This document shows, piece after piece, positions 26,679-36,586 of a stretch of 47,320 nt of DNA (position 1 is the first letter of the stretch; every line of letters begins with the position of its first letter). The DNA comes from an uncultured Gammaproteobacteria bacterium (GTDB taxonomy: Bacteria; Pseudomonadota; Gammaproteobacteria; UBA6002). The position numbers and the translations under genes are program-made. Where the stretch lies: NCBI GenBank assembly GCA_963705725.1, contig CAVPKM010000005.1, forward strand, positions 1-47,320. Reading direction: 5' to 3'. The notes below the pieces were generated by a model. The model saw only the letters and a list, made by a program, of their open reading frames with translations, searched no databases and was not told where the DNA came from.

Positions 26679-27584
26679 TTACGAAGAATTCTTGCTAAGG
26701 GCTATTTCGATCATTTCATCTTTTTGCTGCCAGAGCCGGTTGATCCATGCCTGAAAGTTTTTTCTAAAAGCTCCATTATGATAATAATCGCCAAAATTTT
26801 CTTCGCCAAGTGGCAATACCGTATAGTGGACGGTGATTTTTTTTATTTGACCCGACATAAAACGCCAAAAAGAAGGATTGGGATCACTATATATCAAGGT
26901 GACGTTAATCAACTCCTTGATACGACTTTGCAACTCATTAAGCACCAAGGCGGCTCCGCCAACTTTAGGTCGCAGCAAATGCTTGTAGGGTGAAGAACGC
27001 GCTTTCTGTTTTTCGGGAGTAAATCGGGTGGCTTCTAAGAAATTAATGACGGTAGTAGGACGATTTTCGAAAAGACGACAAGCTGTCTTAGCCGCTTCTA
27101 GATCCGCACCTTTTTTTTCCGGATGTTTCTTTAGATATCCTTTGCTATATCTTTTCATAAAGGGATATCCGAGCATCCAACAAGCCAGTCCACCCATCGG
27201 CAATGACCAAAGCAGTTCCTGCTTCATAAAAAACTTTAGTAACCGAATTTTTCTATTAAAAACATGCTGCAAAATCAGAATATCGGCCCATGAACAGTGG
27301 TTTGCAATCACAAAATACCAACTGTTATAATCCAGTGGCGCCTGCCCTTGAACTTCTATTTGTGTTTTTGAAACAAGTTTAATAATCAAATAGTTAAAAT
27401 CTGACCACAAACTGGTCACGATGTCATTTTGAATGGTGGTAAAAGCTTTTTTAATTTGACGAAAGGGCATAATCATGGAAAAAACCCCAGCCACAATCAC
27501 TAAAAAGCTCATGATGATGATATTGAGAAGCAATAATAAGCCTGCTATCGCGCCCCTTAAGAAGGTCGGCAGAAAAAATAACAT
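26679..27584 (-). CDS. yihG: Lysophosphatidic acid acyltransferase, YihG family
   Basis: ANHCSWAD, LKFFMKQEL, FLEATRFT and SPYKHLLRPK.GG. Confidence 0.88.
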   Translation of the reverse strand: MLFFLPTFLRGAIAGLLLLLNIIIMSFLVIVAGVFSMIMPFRQIKKAFTTIQNDIVTSLWSDFNYLIIKLVSKTQIEVQGQAPLDYNSWYFVIANHCSWADILILQHVFNRKIRLLKFFMKQELLWSLPMGGLACWMLGYPFMKRYSKGYLKKHPEKKGADLEAAKTACRLFENRPTTVINFLEATRFTPEKQKARSSPYKHLLRPKVGGAALVLNELQSRIKELINVTLIYSDPNPSFWRFMSGQIKKITVHYTVLPLGEENFGDYYHNGAFRKNFQAWINRLWQQKDEMIEIALSKNSS

Positions 27585-27605
27585 GATAAAAAACCTCTTC
27601 TAGGT

Positions 27606-28232
27606 CTATGCGCCATTCTGATTGAGTATATCGGGTTTCCCCTTGAAGAAATCTAAACTTTTGTAAATCTGCTGCATATTCACCTGTTTTGTTTTAACAA
27701 TAAAAGGACAATTTAACACATTGGTCGAATGACAATTACGATATCCTCCCAAATCCTTTCCCCATGAACCCCCTTGTGGAGCTTGGGATAACGTATCATT
27801 TTGAACCGGTATAGTAAAAGAGAGCGACTGGTTCCCCTTATAAATGCAAATCATTCTACCTACATTTATTCCTACCCATTGCGCCCCAACAAAGCCCACA
27901 ATATTTTGATCAAAAGACTCACTATAACTTTTCCAGCCTCCCGTCCTTGTTCCCCAATACAAGCCGGTTTTTATCAGCTGATTAGGCATGGGGCAGTACA
28001 CGGTTTGGATGACTTCATTTGTCCCCTTACCATTGTTAATAATTTGAGGGGTAGCTGTCGTACCTGCACCAGGCGAAACCCCTACTTGGGTAGAAGACGA
28101 ATTAACTGGCGCTTGACTTGGCGCAATCGATGATTGCTCAATGCTTTGAGCACAAACTCGACTACATACACAGCATGCTAATGTCACATAAATTAATAAT
28201 TTGCATAATACAGACATCTTAAACTTCATCAT
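27606..28232 (-). CDS. eirA: Exported protein resembling Coxiella T4BSS-associated EirA
   Basis: Signal peptide, YCP..., GGWKSYSESF, GAQWVGINVGRMIC, NCHS...NCPF; next to yihG-hemC as recalled for Coxiella. Confidence 0.72.
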   Translation of the reverse strand: MMKFKMSVLCKLLIYVTLACCVCSRVCAQSIEQSSIAPSQAPVNSSSTQVGVSPGAGTTATPQIINNGKGTNEVIQTVYCPMPNQLIKTGLYWGTRTGGWKSYSESFDQNIVGFVGAQWVGINVGRMICIYKGNQSLSFTIPVQNDTLSQAPQGGSWGKDLGGYRNCHSTNVLNCPFIVKTKQVNMQQIYKSLDFFKGKPDILNQNGA

Positions 28233-28668
28233 ATACTCTTTTTTTGTTACCTTTGGCGGATATTCTTCGCCATAATTTCGTGCTGGGTATTCGCAAAAAA
28301 ATAAGTACTATTATGGTGGTGATAGCACCTACGGCATACATCCCAAAAGCAATAGCCAAGCCAATTGCAGAAGTACACCAAAGTGTGGCAGCAGTAGTCA
28401 ACCCCCCTACATAATCCCCCACACGAAAAATAACGCCAGCCCCTATAAAGCCAACTCCAATTGCTACTTGGGAAGCAATGCGCGAAGTATCCGCAGGCAG
28501 AGGAACGTGTTGTGAGATGAGGCCAAAAACACAAGCACCCATAGCGATGTACCCAAAAGTTCTAATTCCAGCATGTGCTCCCTTGTGTTCACGCTCCCAA
28601 CCGATTAATCCTCCTACAAAAAACGCGAACAACACTTGAAACAACATAAAAATTTGTTTTATTAACAT
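28219..28668 (-). CDS. mgtC: MgtC/SapB family protein (membrane domain only)
   Basis: IGWERE, AGIRT, RIASQV.IGVGFIGAG and GLTTAATLW. Confidence 0.88.
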   Translation of the reverse strand: MLIKQIFMLFQVLFAFFVGGLIGWEREHKGAHAGIRTFGYIAMGACVFGLISQHVPLPADTSRIASQVAIGVGFIGAGVIFRVGDYVGGLTTAATLWCTSAIGLAIAFGMYAVGAITTIIVLIFLRIPSTKLWRRISAKGNKKRVYDEV

Positions 28669-28853
28669 TTTACTTCCTTTTAGCTAATGATATACCAACA
28701 GCTAATTCAATGTCTGTTCAAATTTTTTTACTCGCACCTTTTGGCGAGGCAAAAAAGTTATTTAAAGATTTTTTAACCGGCGCGTAGGGACTAGTTATTC
28801 CGTCAAAAACAAGTTAAAATCTCATATTTTTCATTTATATAACAGGAGTATTG

Positions 28854-30142
28854 ATGCGTTCGTCCGTTGCTGTGACCCACCCCTCTCCTCTCAGAAGTAT
28901 AAATTATTTGCCGTGGCTAACTTGCATTTCGGCCGCTTTCTTTTTCTTTTTTGAATTTATGCAAGTTAACATGTTCAATGCAATTACGCCTTACTTGATG
29001 CAAGAATTTTCACTTTCTGCAGTACGCATTGGTCAAATGTCCGCTAATTATTTTTACGCGACACTCTGCTTTCTTTTCCCTGCAGGAATGATTCTTGATC
29101 GATTTTCAACACGGAAAATTATTTTAATTGCAATGGGATCTTCTGTACTCTGTACTTTTATTTTTGCATGCACTCACCATATTTGGGCAGGCGATATCTG
29201 TCGATTTATAACAGGACTTGGAGGATCTTTTTGTTTTATAAGCTGCATTCGATTAGCGGTAAGCTGGTTTCCTCCTAAACGCCTAGCCCTGATTGTTGGA
29301 CTTATTGTTACCATTGCGATGTTTGGCGGTATGTTAGCGCAAACTCCCATGACATTACTTACCGATTCTCTAGGGTGGAGGAAAATGCTATTTCTCGATG
29401 GGCTAATGGGCATCGTGATACTGATTGTCATCTCTATTTTTGTTCATGACGCCCCCTTGACCACGGATTTAAAAATTAAAACTATTTCCCGCACCGAATT
29501 CATTGCGCAATTAAAACACGCACTTTTAAACTCGCAAAATTGGCTCGGCGGTCTTTATACTTCATTATTGAATCTACCCATCCTCCTCCTAGGCGCAATG
29601 TGGGGCGGGCTTTATCTGGTCCAAATCCATCATTTAACCCGAACCCAATCTTCACTGGTTACTTCAATGATATTTGCCGGAATGATGATAGGTTCCCCCC
29701 TACTCGGATGGATTTCTGATCGGATTGGACGACGACGATCCCCAATGATTATCTGTGCGATTTTTGCCTTGATATTTATTCTTTGCATCATGCTTATCCC
29801 TCACCTTTCATTTTATGCGCTAGCTAGCTTATTTTTTGGACTTGGCTTTTTTACCAGCGCCCAAATACTTAGTTATCCTCTTATTACAGAAAGCAATCCT
29901 AAGGCCTTGATCGGAACGGCAGAAGGCGTGGCTTCGACGTTAGTAATGGGGGGAGGAATACCCAGCCCATTTTTGGCGCATTAATCAGTTGGAAATGGAG
30001 TCACCTTGTTGTTGACGGCATCCCACATTATGGCAAACAGGATTTTATGCTAGCGATGTCCATCATTCCCATTGCCTTTGGCATTGGATTAATTGCTGCT
30101 TGCTTAATCCGTGAAACTTATTGCAAGTCGAAACAAGATTAA
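28854..30142 (+). pseudogene. Pht-like MFS transporter with a 1-nt frameshift near 29960
   Basis: The frame stops at 29984, but the -1 frame continues TQPIFGALISW...IRETYCKSKQD* to 30142, matching the C-terminus of the paralogue at 5055. Confidence 0.8.
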
Positions 30143-30237
30143 TGCATAAAATTTATTCACGAATGATTCATTCTTGGCTAATGGCAGTAATTAAGCTATT
30201 GTTATCTTTAGGAAGTGATATGCTTAAGGAGCGACAT

Positions 30238-30744
30238 ATGAAGTTTATTACACCGCGAACCATAAACTTATGCAGTTTCTTCATTTGTTGCGGCTTAATG
30301 ATCTTTGCCTATTACCTACAAACCACACTCAACTTGCAACCTTGTCCACTTTGCGTTTTAGAGCGAATCATATTTAGTTTATTAGCTTTTCTTTTTTTAG
30401 TTGCCACCTTGCACAATCCCGGCATCAAAGGACAACGAATCTACGGCTCATTGACATTATTATTTGCATTATTTGGAATGGCGTTTGCAGGCAGACATCT
30501 TTGGCTTCAAGGACAACCCAATCCGCTTGGACAAATTTGCGTTCCCGGCATCACCTACCTGTTAAAAACCTTGCCTTTTTCTCAAGCCATTAAGACGATG
30601 CTCCTTGGCTCTTCAGAATGCGCTAAAGTAGATTGGCGTTTTTTAGGTTTAAGCATGCCTGGATGGACATTTTTATTTTATGATATCTTCGCACTATTGG
30701 GTTTGGGATTCATACGGGGTATTTTTGGACGATTTTTTTTCTAA
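30238..30744 (+). CDS. dsbB: Disulfide bond formation protein B
   Basis: PCPLCVLER, RHLWLQ, ECAKVDWRFLGLSMPGW; ATG 30238 with AAGGAG RBS. Confidence 0.94.
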   Translation: MKFITPRTINLCSFFICCGLMIFAYYLQTTLNLQPCPLCVLERIIFSLLAFLFLVATLHNPGIKGQRIYGSLTLLFALFGMAFAGRHLWLQGQPNPLGQICVPGITYLLKTLPFSQAIKTMLLGSSECAKVDWRFLGLSMPGWTFLFYDIFALLGLGFIRGIFGRFFF

Positions 30745-30771
30745 GCCTATCAATAACTAGGTGACTCTCTC

Positions 30772-30832
30772 ATAACTATTCAGCACAAATGCTAGAAGTC
30801 GCTGGACGTTCAATCCTGTGCTAAATAGTTAT
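30772..30832. mobile_element. 61-bp MITE-like element, family B, with 16-bp terminal inverted repeats (ATAACTATTCAGCACA / TGTGCTAAATAGTTAT); overlaps the uvrD stop codon
   Basis: 15/16 inverted-repeat match; related copies at 13110-13201 and 17260-17290. Confidence 0.65.
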
Positions 30833-32985
30833 ACTTTTTCTAGTTTTGCTAGTTCTGCTACCAACCACTTTACTCCAGACCGTTGAAATTTGACTTGAAC
30901 ACGCGCCTTAGCGCCTTGTCCTTCATAATTTATGACCACGCCTTCTCCAAAGTTTCGATGCGCAACTCTTTCGCCCAGCTGATAATCAAGCCCAGTATCA
31001 TGAATCACTTTTGTACTGGCAGAAAAAGAGGAAGCGCCGAATACTTTAGCTCGAACTCTCACTTCTTTGATTAAATCAGATGGGATCTCCTCAATAAAAC
31101 GAGACCTGTGACGATAGGTTTGATTACCATATACCCGCCTTGCCTCAGCAAAACTTAAATAAAGTTTTTTTCTTGCGCGTGTCATTCCAACGTAACAGAG
31201 CCTGCGTTCTTCTTCTAATTTATCTGGCTCTTCAATTGACATTTTATGAGGGAATAACCCCTCTTCCATGCCTGCTAAAAATACAATATTAAATTCCAGC
31301 CCTTTGGCAGAGTGTAATGTCATCAGCTGGACGCTATCTTCATAATCTTCAGCCTGTGTTTCACCGCTCTCTAAAGCGACATAACTTAAGAAAGCTTGAA
31401 GTTGAGGAATCGCGACGAGAGCCTCATCTTGTTTAAATTGAGCAGTAGCCTGTACTAATTCGTCGAGATTTTCTAATCGTGACTGGGCTTTATCTGCCTG
31501 ATCTTTATGATAATGAAGAAAAAGGCCACTCTCTCTAATCACTTGTTTAGTGATAACAGACAGCGGTAACGTCTTTGTTTCTTCTTGAAATCCTTGTATC
31601 AGTTGCAAGAAACTATCAAGGGCATGATTAGCACGCGGGGTGAGACGATTTTCTCGGATCAAGCTTCCCGCTGCTTGCCAAAGCGATATGTTTAGGCGAT
31701 TCGCTTCCTCTCTTACTAAAGAGAGCGTTGTCAACCCAATGCCACGTGGCGGCATATTCACTGCTCGCTCAAAAGCTGCGTCATCCAAAGGATTCGCCAG
31801 CAACTTTAAATAGGCCAAGGCATCTTTGATCTCGGCTCGTTCAAAAAATTTCAATCCGCCGTAAATGCGATAAGGAATATTGGCGCCGACTAACACTTCT
31901 TCTAAGATACGCGATTGCGCATTCGATCGATAAAGAATAGCCATTTGCTGTAACCTTTCGCCGGTTGCCTGCCATTCCTTAATTTGATTGATTAAGTATC
32001 GTGCTTCGTCAAGTTCATTAAACGCCATATAGAGTGAGATTAAGTCCCCATCCAAGCCTTCCGTCCATAAGTTTTTACCGACTCGACGTAGGTTATGGGA
32101 AATAACTGCATTTGCTGCTGATAAAATAGTTTGAGTAGATCGATAATTTTGCTCTAATCGAATGATTTGACAAGGAAAATCACGTTGAAATTCATCAACG
32201 TTTGTCACTTTGGCTCCTCGCCAACTATAAATAGATTGGTCATCATCCCCAACAATAGTGATAACCGAATCTTTACCTGCTATCAGCTTTAACCAGGCGT
32301 ATTGAATTGCGTTCGTGTCTTGAAATTCATCCACTAATATATGTCTAAACCGATCGCGATAATGAAGAAGAATAGCGTCGTTTTGAGAAAGCACCTCATA
32401 ACTTCTTAGTAAAAGCTCAGCGAAGTCCACTACCTCAGCACGCTGACATTGCCCCTCATAGATTTCATAAACCTTTTTTAAAATATGATCGAAATGCGTG
32501 TTTGCCATCACATCTCTTGCGCGAAGTCCTGCTTCTTTTTTATTGTTAATATAATTTTGCGATTGAGCGACCGGCCATTTATCAAAATCCAAGTTAAGTG
32601 TTTGTTGTACTTTGCGAATCATACGGTACTGATCATCTGCATCTAAAATTTGAAAACTTTCTGACAGCCCTGCTTGTTTATAATGCAGCCGCAAGAACCG
32701 ATGAGCAATACCGTGGAATGTTCCAAGCCACATTGTTTTGACTGGTGCAAACGTTAATTTTTCCACTCGCGATTTTAATTCATTCGCCGCTTTATTAGTA
32801 AAAGTAACGGCAAGGATGCAATTTGCAGAAATATGTTCATGTTCAAGCAGCCAGGCGATACGATGAACGAGTACCCGAGTTTTACCACTTCCTGCACCCG
32901 CAATCACAGCCAAGTGAGATAATTGAGCCATCACAATTTCTTGCTGCTTTGCATTTAAATTAGCTAAAATATTTATATCACTCAT
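30829..32985 (-). CDS. uvrD: DNA helicase II
   Basis: AGAGSGKT, VDEFQDTN, VGDDDQSIY, LEQNYRST, TLHSAKGLEF and C-terminal Tudor-like tail. Confidence 0.97.
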   Translation of the reverse strand: MSDINILANLNAKQQEIVMAQLSHLAVIAGAGSGKTRVLVHRIAWLLEHEHISANCILAVTFTNKAANELKSRVEKLTFAPVKTMWLGTFHGIAHRFLRLHYKQAGLSESFQILDADDQYRMIRKVQQTLNLDFDKWPVAQSQNYINNKKEAGLRARDVMANTHFDHILKKVYEIYEGQCQRAEVVDFAELLLRSYEVLSQNDAILLHYRDRFRHILVDEFQDTNAIQYAWLKLIAGKDSVITIVGDDDQSIYSWRGAKVTNVDEFQRDFPCQIIRLEQNYRSTQTILSAANAVISHNLRRVGKNLWTEGLDGDLISLYMAFNELDEARYLINQIKEWQATGERLQQMAILYRSNAQSRILEEVLVGANIPYRIYGGLKFFERAEIKDALAYLKLLANPLDDAAFERAVNMPPRGIGLTTLSLVREEANRLNISLWQAAGSLIRENRLTPRANHALDSFLQLIQGFQEETKTLPLSVITKQVIRESGLFLHYHKDQADKAQSRLENLDELVQATAQFKQDEALVAIPQLQAFLSYVALESGETQAEDYEDSVQLMTLHSAKGLEFNIVFLAGMEEGLFPHKMSIEEPDKLEEERRLCYVGMTRARKKLYLSFAEARRVYGNQTYRHRSRFIEEIPSDLIKEVRVRAKVFGASSFSASTKVIHDTGLDYQLGERVAHRNFGEGVVINYEGQGAKARVQVKFQRSGVKWLVAELAKLEKV

Positions 32986-33019
32986 CAGTGTTCTCAAAAA
33001 ATAGTTACGAAGAGTTTTA

Positions 33020-33664
33020 ATGAAAAAACATCAACATGATTTTATCCGCTTTCTAATCGATCAAAAAGCCCTGCTTTTTGGCCAGTTCGTGCTTAAATCA
33101 GGGCGAACAAGTCCTTATTTTTTTAATGCCGGGCAATTTAATAATTCTGCCGCCTTGACAAAACTGGGCCATTTCTATGCAGATGCTATTGCGCAGTCAT
33201 GTCTTAAGTATGACATTTTGTTCGGACCAGCGTACAAAGGTATTCCAATTTTATCCAGTGTTTGTGTTGCATTATACGAAAAAATGGGGTTAACCATTCC
33301 TTTTTGTTTTAACCGCAAAGAGGCTAAAGCTTATGGCGAAGGGGGCGAGCTCATCGGCTCCCCTCTTCAAGGTCATGTCCTAATTATTGATGATGTCGTG
33401 AGTTCGGGAACAACTTTCCGAGAGTCGGCTACGTTAATTGCCAAATACCCAACCAAGTTAGTTGGAATGGTTACGGCTCTCGATCGCGAAGAACGCGGCA
33501 AATCAATTCATTCTGCAACAAAAGAAATAGAGGAGCAATATCAGATTAAAGCCGTCTCTATTGTTCGCATCCGAGATGTCATTGATTTTTTAAATACAGA
33601 GGGGCATAACCCAAAAATTCTTTCTGCCATATTAAAATATCAAGAGCAGTATGGCGCTGATTGA
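33020..33664 (+). CDS. pyrE: Orotate phosphoribosyltransferase
   Basis: LKSGRTSPYFFNAG, FGPAYKGIP and IIDDVVSSG. Confidence 0.97.
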   Translation: MKKHQHDFIRFLIDQKALLFGQFVLKSGRTSPYFFNAGQFNNSAALTKLGHFYADAIAQSCLKYDILFGPAYKGIPILSSVCVALYEKMGLTIPFCFNRKEAKAYGEGGELIGSPLQGHVLIIDDVVSSGTTFRESATLIAKYPTKLVGMVTALDREERGKSIHSATKEIEEQYQIKAVSIVRIRDVIDFLNTEGHNPKILSAILKYQEQYGAD

Positions 33665-33714
33665 AGTTTACTGGTAACTTCATAAATTGGTTACTGGTTA
33701 CAGGTTCAAAAGAC

Positions 33715-35358
33715 ATGCTAGCGCATCAAGAAATTACTGATTGCTTAAGTAAACATGCAGAGGCTATTAAGCGCGCACACTTAAGAGAATTATTTATCAA
33801 AGATAAACACCGGTTTGATCGCTTTTCTTTAATGATTAATGATTTGCTGTTTGATTTTTCTAAAAACCGGATTATAGACAAAACCTTGCCGCTACTTTTC
33901 AAGCTGGCGGATGTTTGTAAATTAACTGATAAAATTGATCAGCTTTTTTCTGGCGGAAAAGTCAACATCACTGAAAATAGACCCGCGCTTCATCCAGCGC
34001 TTCGACATCAAAATTCTTCAACCTTAATAGTGGATGGTGCAAACATTACTAGAGCTGTCAACGAGGCCTTAGATGAGATGACAGCTATCGTCCAAAAATT
34101 ACATGACAAAGCGTGGCTGGGTTTTAGCGGAAAACCCATAACAGATGTGGTTAACATAGGTATTGGCGGCTCTGATCTCGGACCGGTAATGACCACATTT
34201 GCCTTAACTCCTTACCACTTAAACAAATTAACCCTGCATTTTATTTCAAATATCGATGATTCTGCTTTTTGGGAAACCACTCGTCACCTCTGTCCTGAAA
34301 CCACTTTGTTTATTGTTGCCTCAAAAAGTTTCACTACGAGAGAAACTTTATGCAATGCCACTACAGCAAAAAAATGGTTACTAAAAGCTTGCGGCGATGA
34401 ATCGAAACTTACCATGCATTTTATTGCCATTACGGCAAAATTTGAAAAAGCTAAGGCTTGGGGAATTCAAACGATTCTACCCATTTGGGATTGGGTAGGA
34501 GGACGTTTTTCACTTTGGTCCGCTATCGGCTTGCCCATTGCTCTCGCCATTGGTATGGATAACTTTAAATCTTTATTAAAAGGCGCAAACCTTGTTGATC
34601 AGAATTTTCGTGAAGCAAATTTTGAGAATAATCTACCCGTCATTCTTGCCTTGTTAAATATTTGGTATATCAATTTTTTTAATGTACATAGCTATGCCAT
34701 CCTTCCCTATGACCAATATCTACTTCACCTTCCTGCCTACTTACAGCAACTTGAAATGGAAAGTAACGGCAAATGCCGACGATTGAGTGGAGAAAAAATT
34801 AATTACTCCACGAGTCCCGTTGTTTGGGGAATGGTTGGTAGTAATAGTCAGCATGCTTTTCATCAGTTGCTGCATCAAGGCACAGAACTGATTCCTATTG
34901 ATTTTATTTTGCCACTGACCTCTCATCACCCTATTGGAGACCATCACACGTGGTTGGTTGCAAACTGTTTGAGCCAAAGTCAGGCACTGATGTATGGCAA
35001 AAATGAACAAGAAGTCCGCTCGGAATTAACTCGGCAAGGGTTATCTCAATTACAAATTGAAACATTATTACCCCATCAAATACTGATGGGTAATCGTCCT
35101 AGCAATACAATAATTATTCCTAAGCTGACCCCATTTTTTTTAGGCGCACTAATTGCTTTATATGAGCACAAAGTATTTGTTCAAAGTGTTATCTGGGACA
35201 TTAACTGTTTCGATCAATGGGGTGTTGAGCTAGGTAAGCAATTGACTCAAGGCATCTACGAGCAGCTTACCGCAGTCGAAAATCTTTCGACAATCTATGA
35301 TAGCTCCACGCATGGATTAATAAATAATTACAAAAAATTGCTCAATAGTGACACATAG
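33715..35358 (+). CDS. pgi: Glucose-6-phosphate isomerase
   Basis: IGIGGSDLGP, ASKSFTT, DWVGGRFS, QQLEMESNGK and FDQWGVELGK. Confidence 0.97.
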   Translation: MLAHQEITDCLSKHAEAIKRAHLRELFIKDKHRFDRFSLMINDLLFDFSKNRIIDKTLPLLFKLADVCKLTDKIDQLFSGGKVNITENRPALHPALRHQNSSTLIVDGANITRAVNEALDEMTAIVQKLHDKAWLGFSGKPITDVVNIGIGGSDLGPVMTTFALTPYHLNKLTLHFISNIDDSAFWETTRHLCPETTLFIVASKSFTTRETLCNATTAKKWLLKACGDESKLTMHFIAITAKFEKAKAWGIQTILPIWDWVGGRFSLWSAIGLPIALAIGMDNFKSLLKGANLVDQNFREANFENNLPVILALLNIWYINFFNVHSYAILPYDQYLLHLPAYLQQLEMESNGKCRRLSGEKINYSTSPVVWGMVGSNSQHAFHQLLHQGTELIPIDFILPLTSHHPIGDHHTWLVANCLSQSQALMYGKNEQEVRSELTRQGLSQLQIETLLPHQILMGNRPSNTIIIPKLTPFFLGALIALYEHKVFVQSVIWDINCFDQWGVELGKQLTQGIYEQLTAVENLSTIYDSSTHGLINNYKKLLNSDT

Positions 35359-35368
35359 GATACGACCC

Positions 35369-36586
35369 ATGACCTGGAACCCCACCTCTTGGCACAATAA
35401 AAAACTGATACAACAAGTTTCATACCCTTGTGAGGAAAAAAGAGATAGCGTGATTTCTCAACTAAGGCGGCTTCCACCCCTGGTTACCCCTGCAGAGATA
35501 GAGCAATTAAAGCAACAACTCATACTAGCCGCTGAAGGGAAGGCTTTTTTATTGCAGGGAGGAGATTGCGCAGAAAGTTTCGCTGATTGCACCCCCGAAG
35601 CTATCCTAAAAAAATTGCGCATCTTAATGCAAATTAGTTTTGTTTTATTTAACGGGCTACATAAACCTATTATCAAAGTCGGTCGAATAGCAGGGCAATA
35701 TGCAAAGCCGAGATCTTCAGAATATGAAACGATTGCGGGAATCACCTTACCTAGTTATCGTGGTGATTTGATCAATGGCGATCATTTCGATGAAAAAACA
35801 CGCACGCCTGACCCTAATCGTTTACTTAAGGGCTACCAATATTCCGCACAAACCCTCAACTACATTCGTTCCTTGATTAGCAGCAGAGAATTAGCCAATA
35901 TTTTGGGAATGGAGGCAGAAAATTTATCAAGGACTGAATTTTACACCAGCCATGAAGCGCTTCATCTTTATTATGAAGAGGCGCTAACCAGGGAAGAAAA
36001 AGACGGCAGGTGGTATAACGTAGGAACCCATTTTCCATGGGTTGGGATGAGAACAACCACAATAAGCAGCGCACATATTGAATATATCAGGGGGCTAGCT
36101 AATCCTATCGCTATTAAGATAGGTCCTGCAATGACACCTCAAACATTAATCCAATTAATGGAGCGTATTAATCCAACCAATGAACCAGGAAAGCTGACAT
36201 TGATTCATCGATTTGGCGCAGAACAGATCAAATACAAACTCCCTCCCCTTATAGAAATGGTCAAAAACCATCAGTTTAATACACTTTGGTCTTGTGACCC
36301 CATGCATGGCAATACAACTTTAACTAAAACTGGATATAAAACTAGAAATTTCGATTCAATTTTATCAGAACTGGAGCAGGCGATCCAAATACATCGCGCT
36401 TGTCATAGCTACTTAGGAGGGGTGCATTTTGAATTAACCGGTGATGATGTGACGGAGTGTATTGGCGGAGCCCATGGAATAACAGAAGAGGACTTAAAAG
36501 AAGCGTATCATACCTTAGTTGACCCGAGATTAAACTATCACCAATCGCTTGAAATAGCCTTGCGCTTAGTTAATAGCGCGACTTAA
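35369..36586 (+). CDS. Class II DAHP synthase, short (type IIB-like) form
   Basis: LQGGDCAESF, GRIAGQYAKPRS, YTSHEAL, CDPMHGNT, GGVHFELTG and DPRLN; 405 aa. Confidence 0.93.
   Translation: MTWNPTSWHNKKLIQQVSYPCEEKRDSVISQLRRLPPLVTPAEIEQLKQQLILAAEGKAFLLQGGDCAESFADCTPEAILKKLRILMQISFVLFNGLHKPIIKVGRIAGQYAKPRSSEYETIAGITLPSYRGDLINGDHFDEKTRTPDPNRLLKGYQYSAQTLNYIRSLISSRELANILGMEAENLSRTEFYTSHEALHLYYEEALTREEKDGRWYNVGTHFPWVGMRTTTISSAHIEYIRGLANPIAIKIGPAMTPQTLIQLMERINPTNEPGKLTLIHRFGAEQIKYKLPPLIEMVKNHQFNTLWSCDPMHGNTTLTKTGYKTRNFDSILSELEQAIQIHRACHSYLGGVHFELTGDDVTECIGGAHGITEEDLKEAYHTLVDPRLNYHQSLEIALRLVNSAT

Noticed and set aside
28722-28790. Hairpin CTCGC-N8-GCGAG and TTAA-N7-TTAA upstream of mgtC/MFS as terminator, Mg riboswitch or PmrA/PhoP box
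   Set aside because: No U-tract follows the stem on either strand, no -10 at the expected spacing, and no recognisable M-box features
30121-30237. ORF-track extension of dsbB
   Set aside because: Overlaps the restored MFS end; the RBS supports ATG 30238
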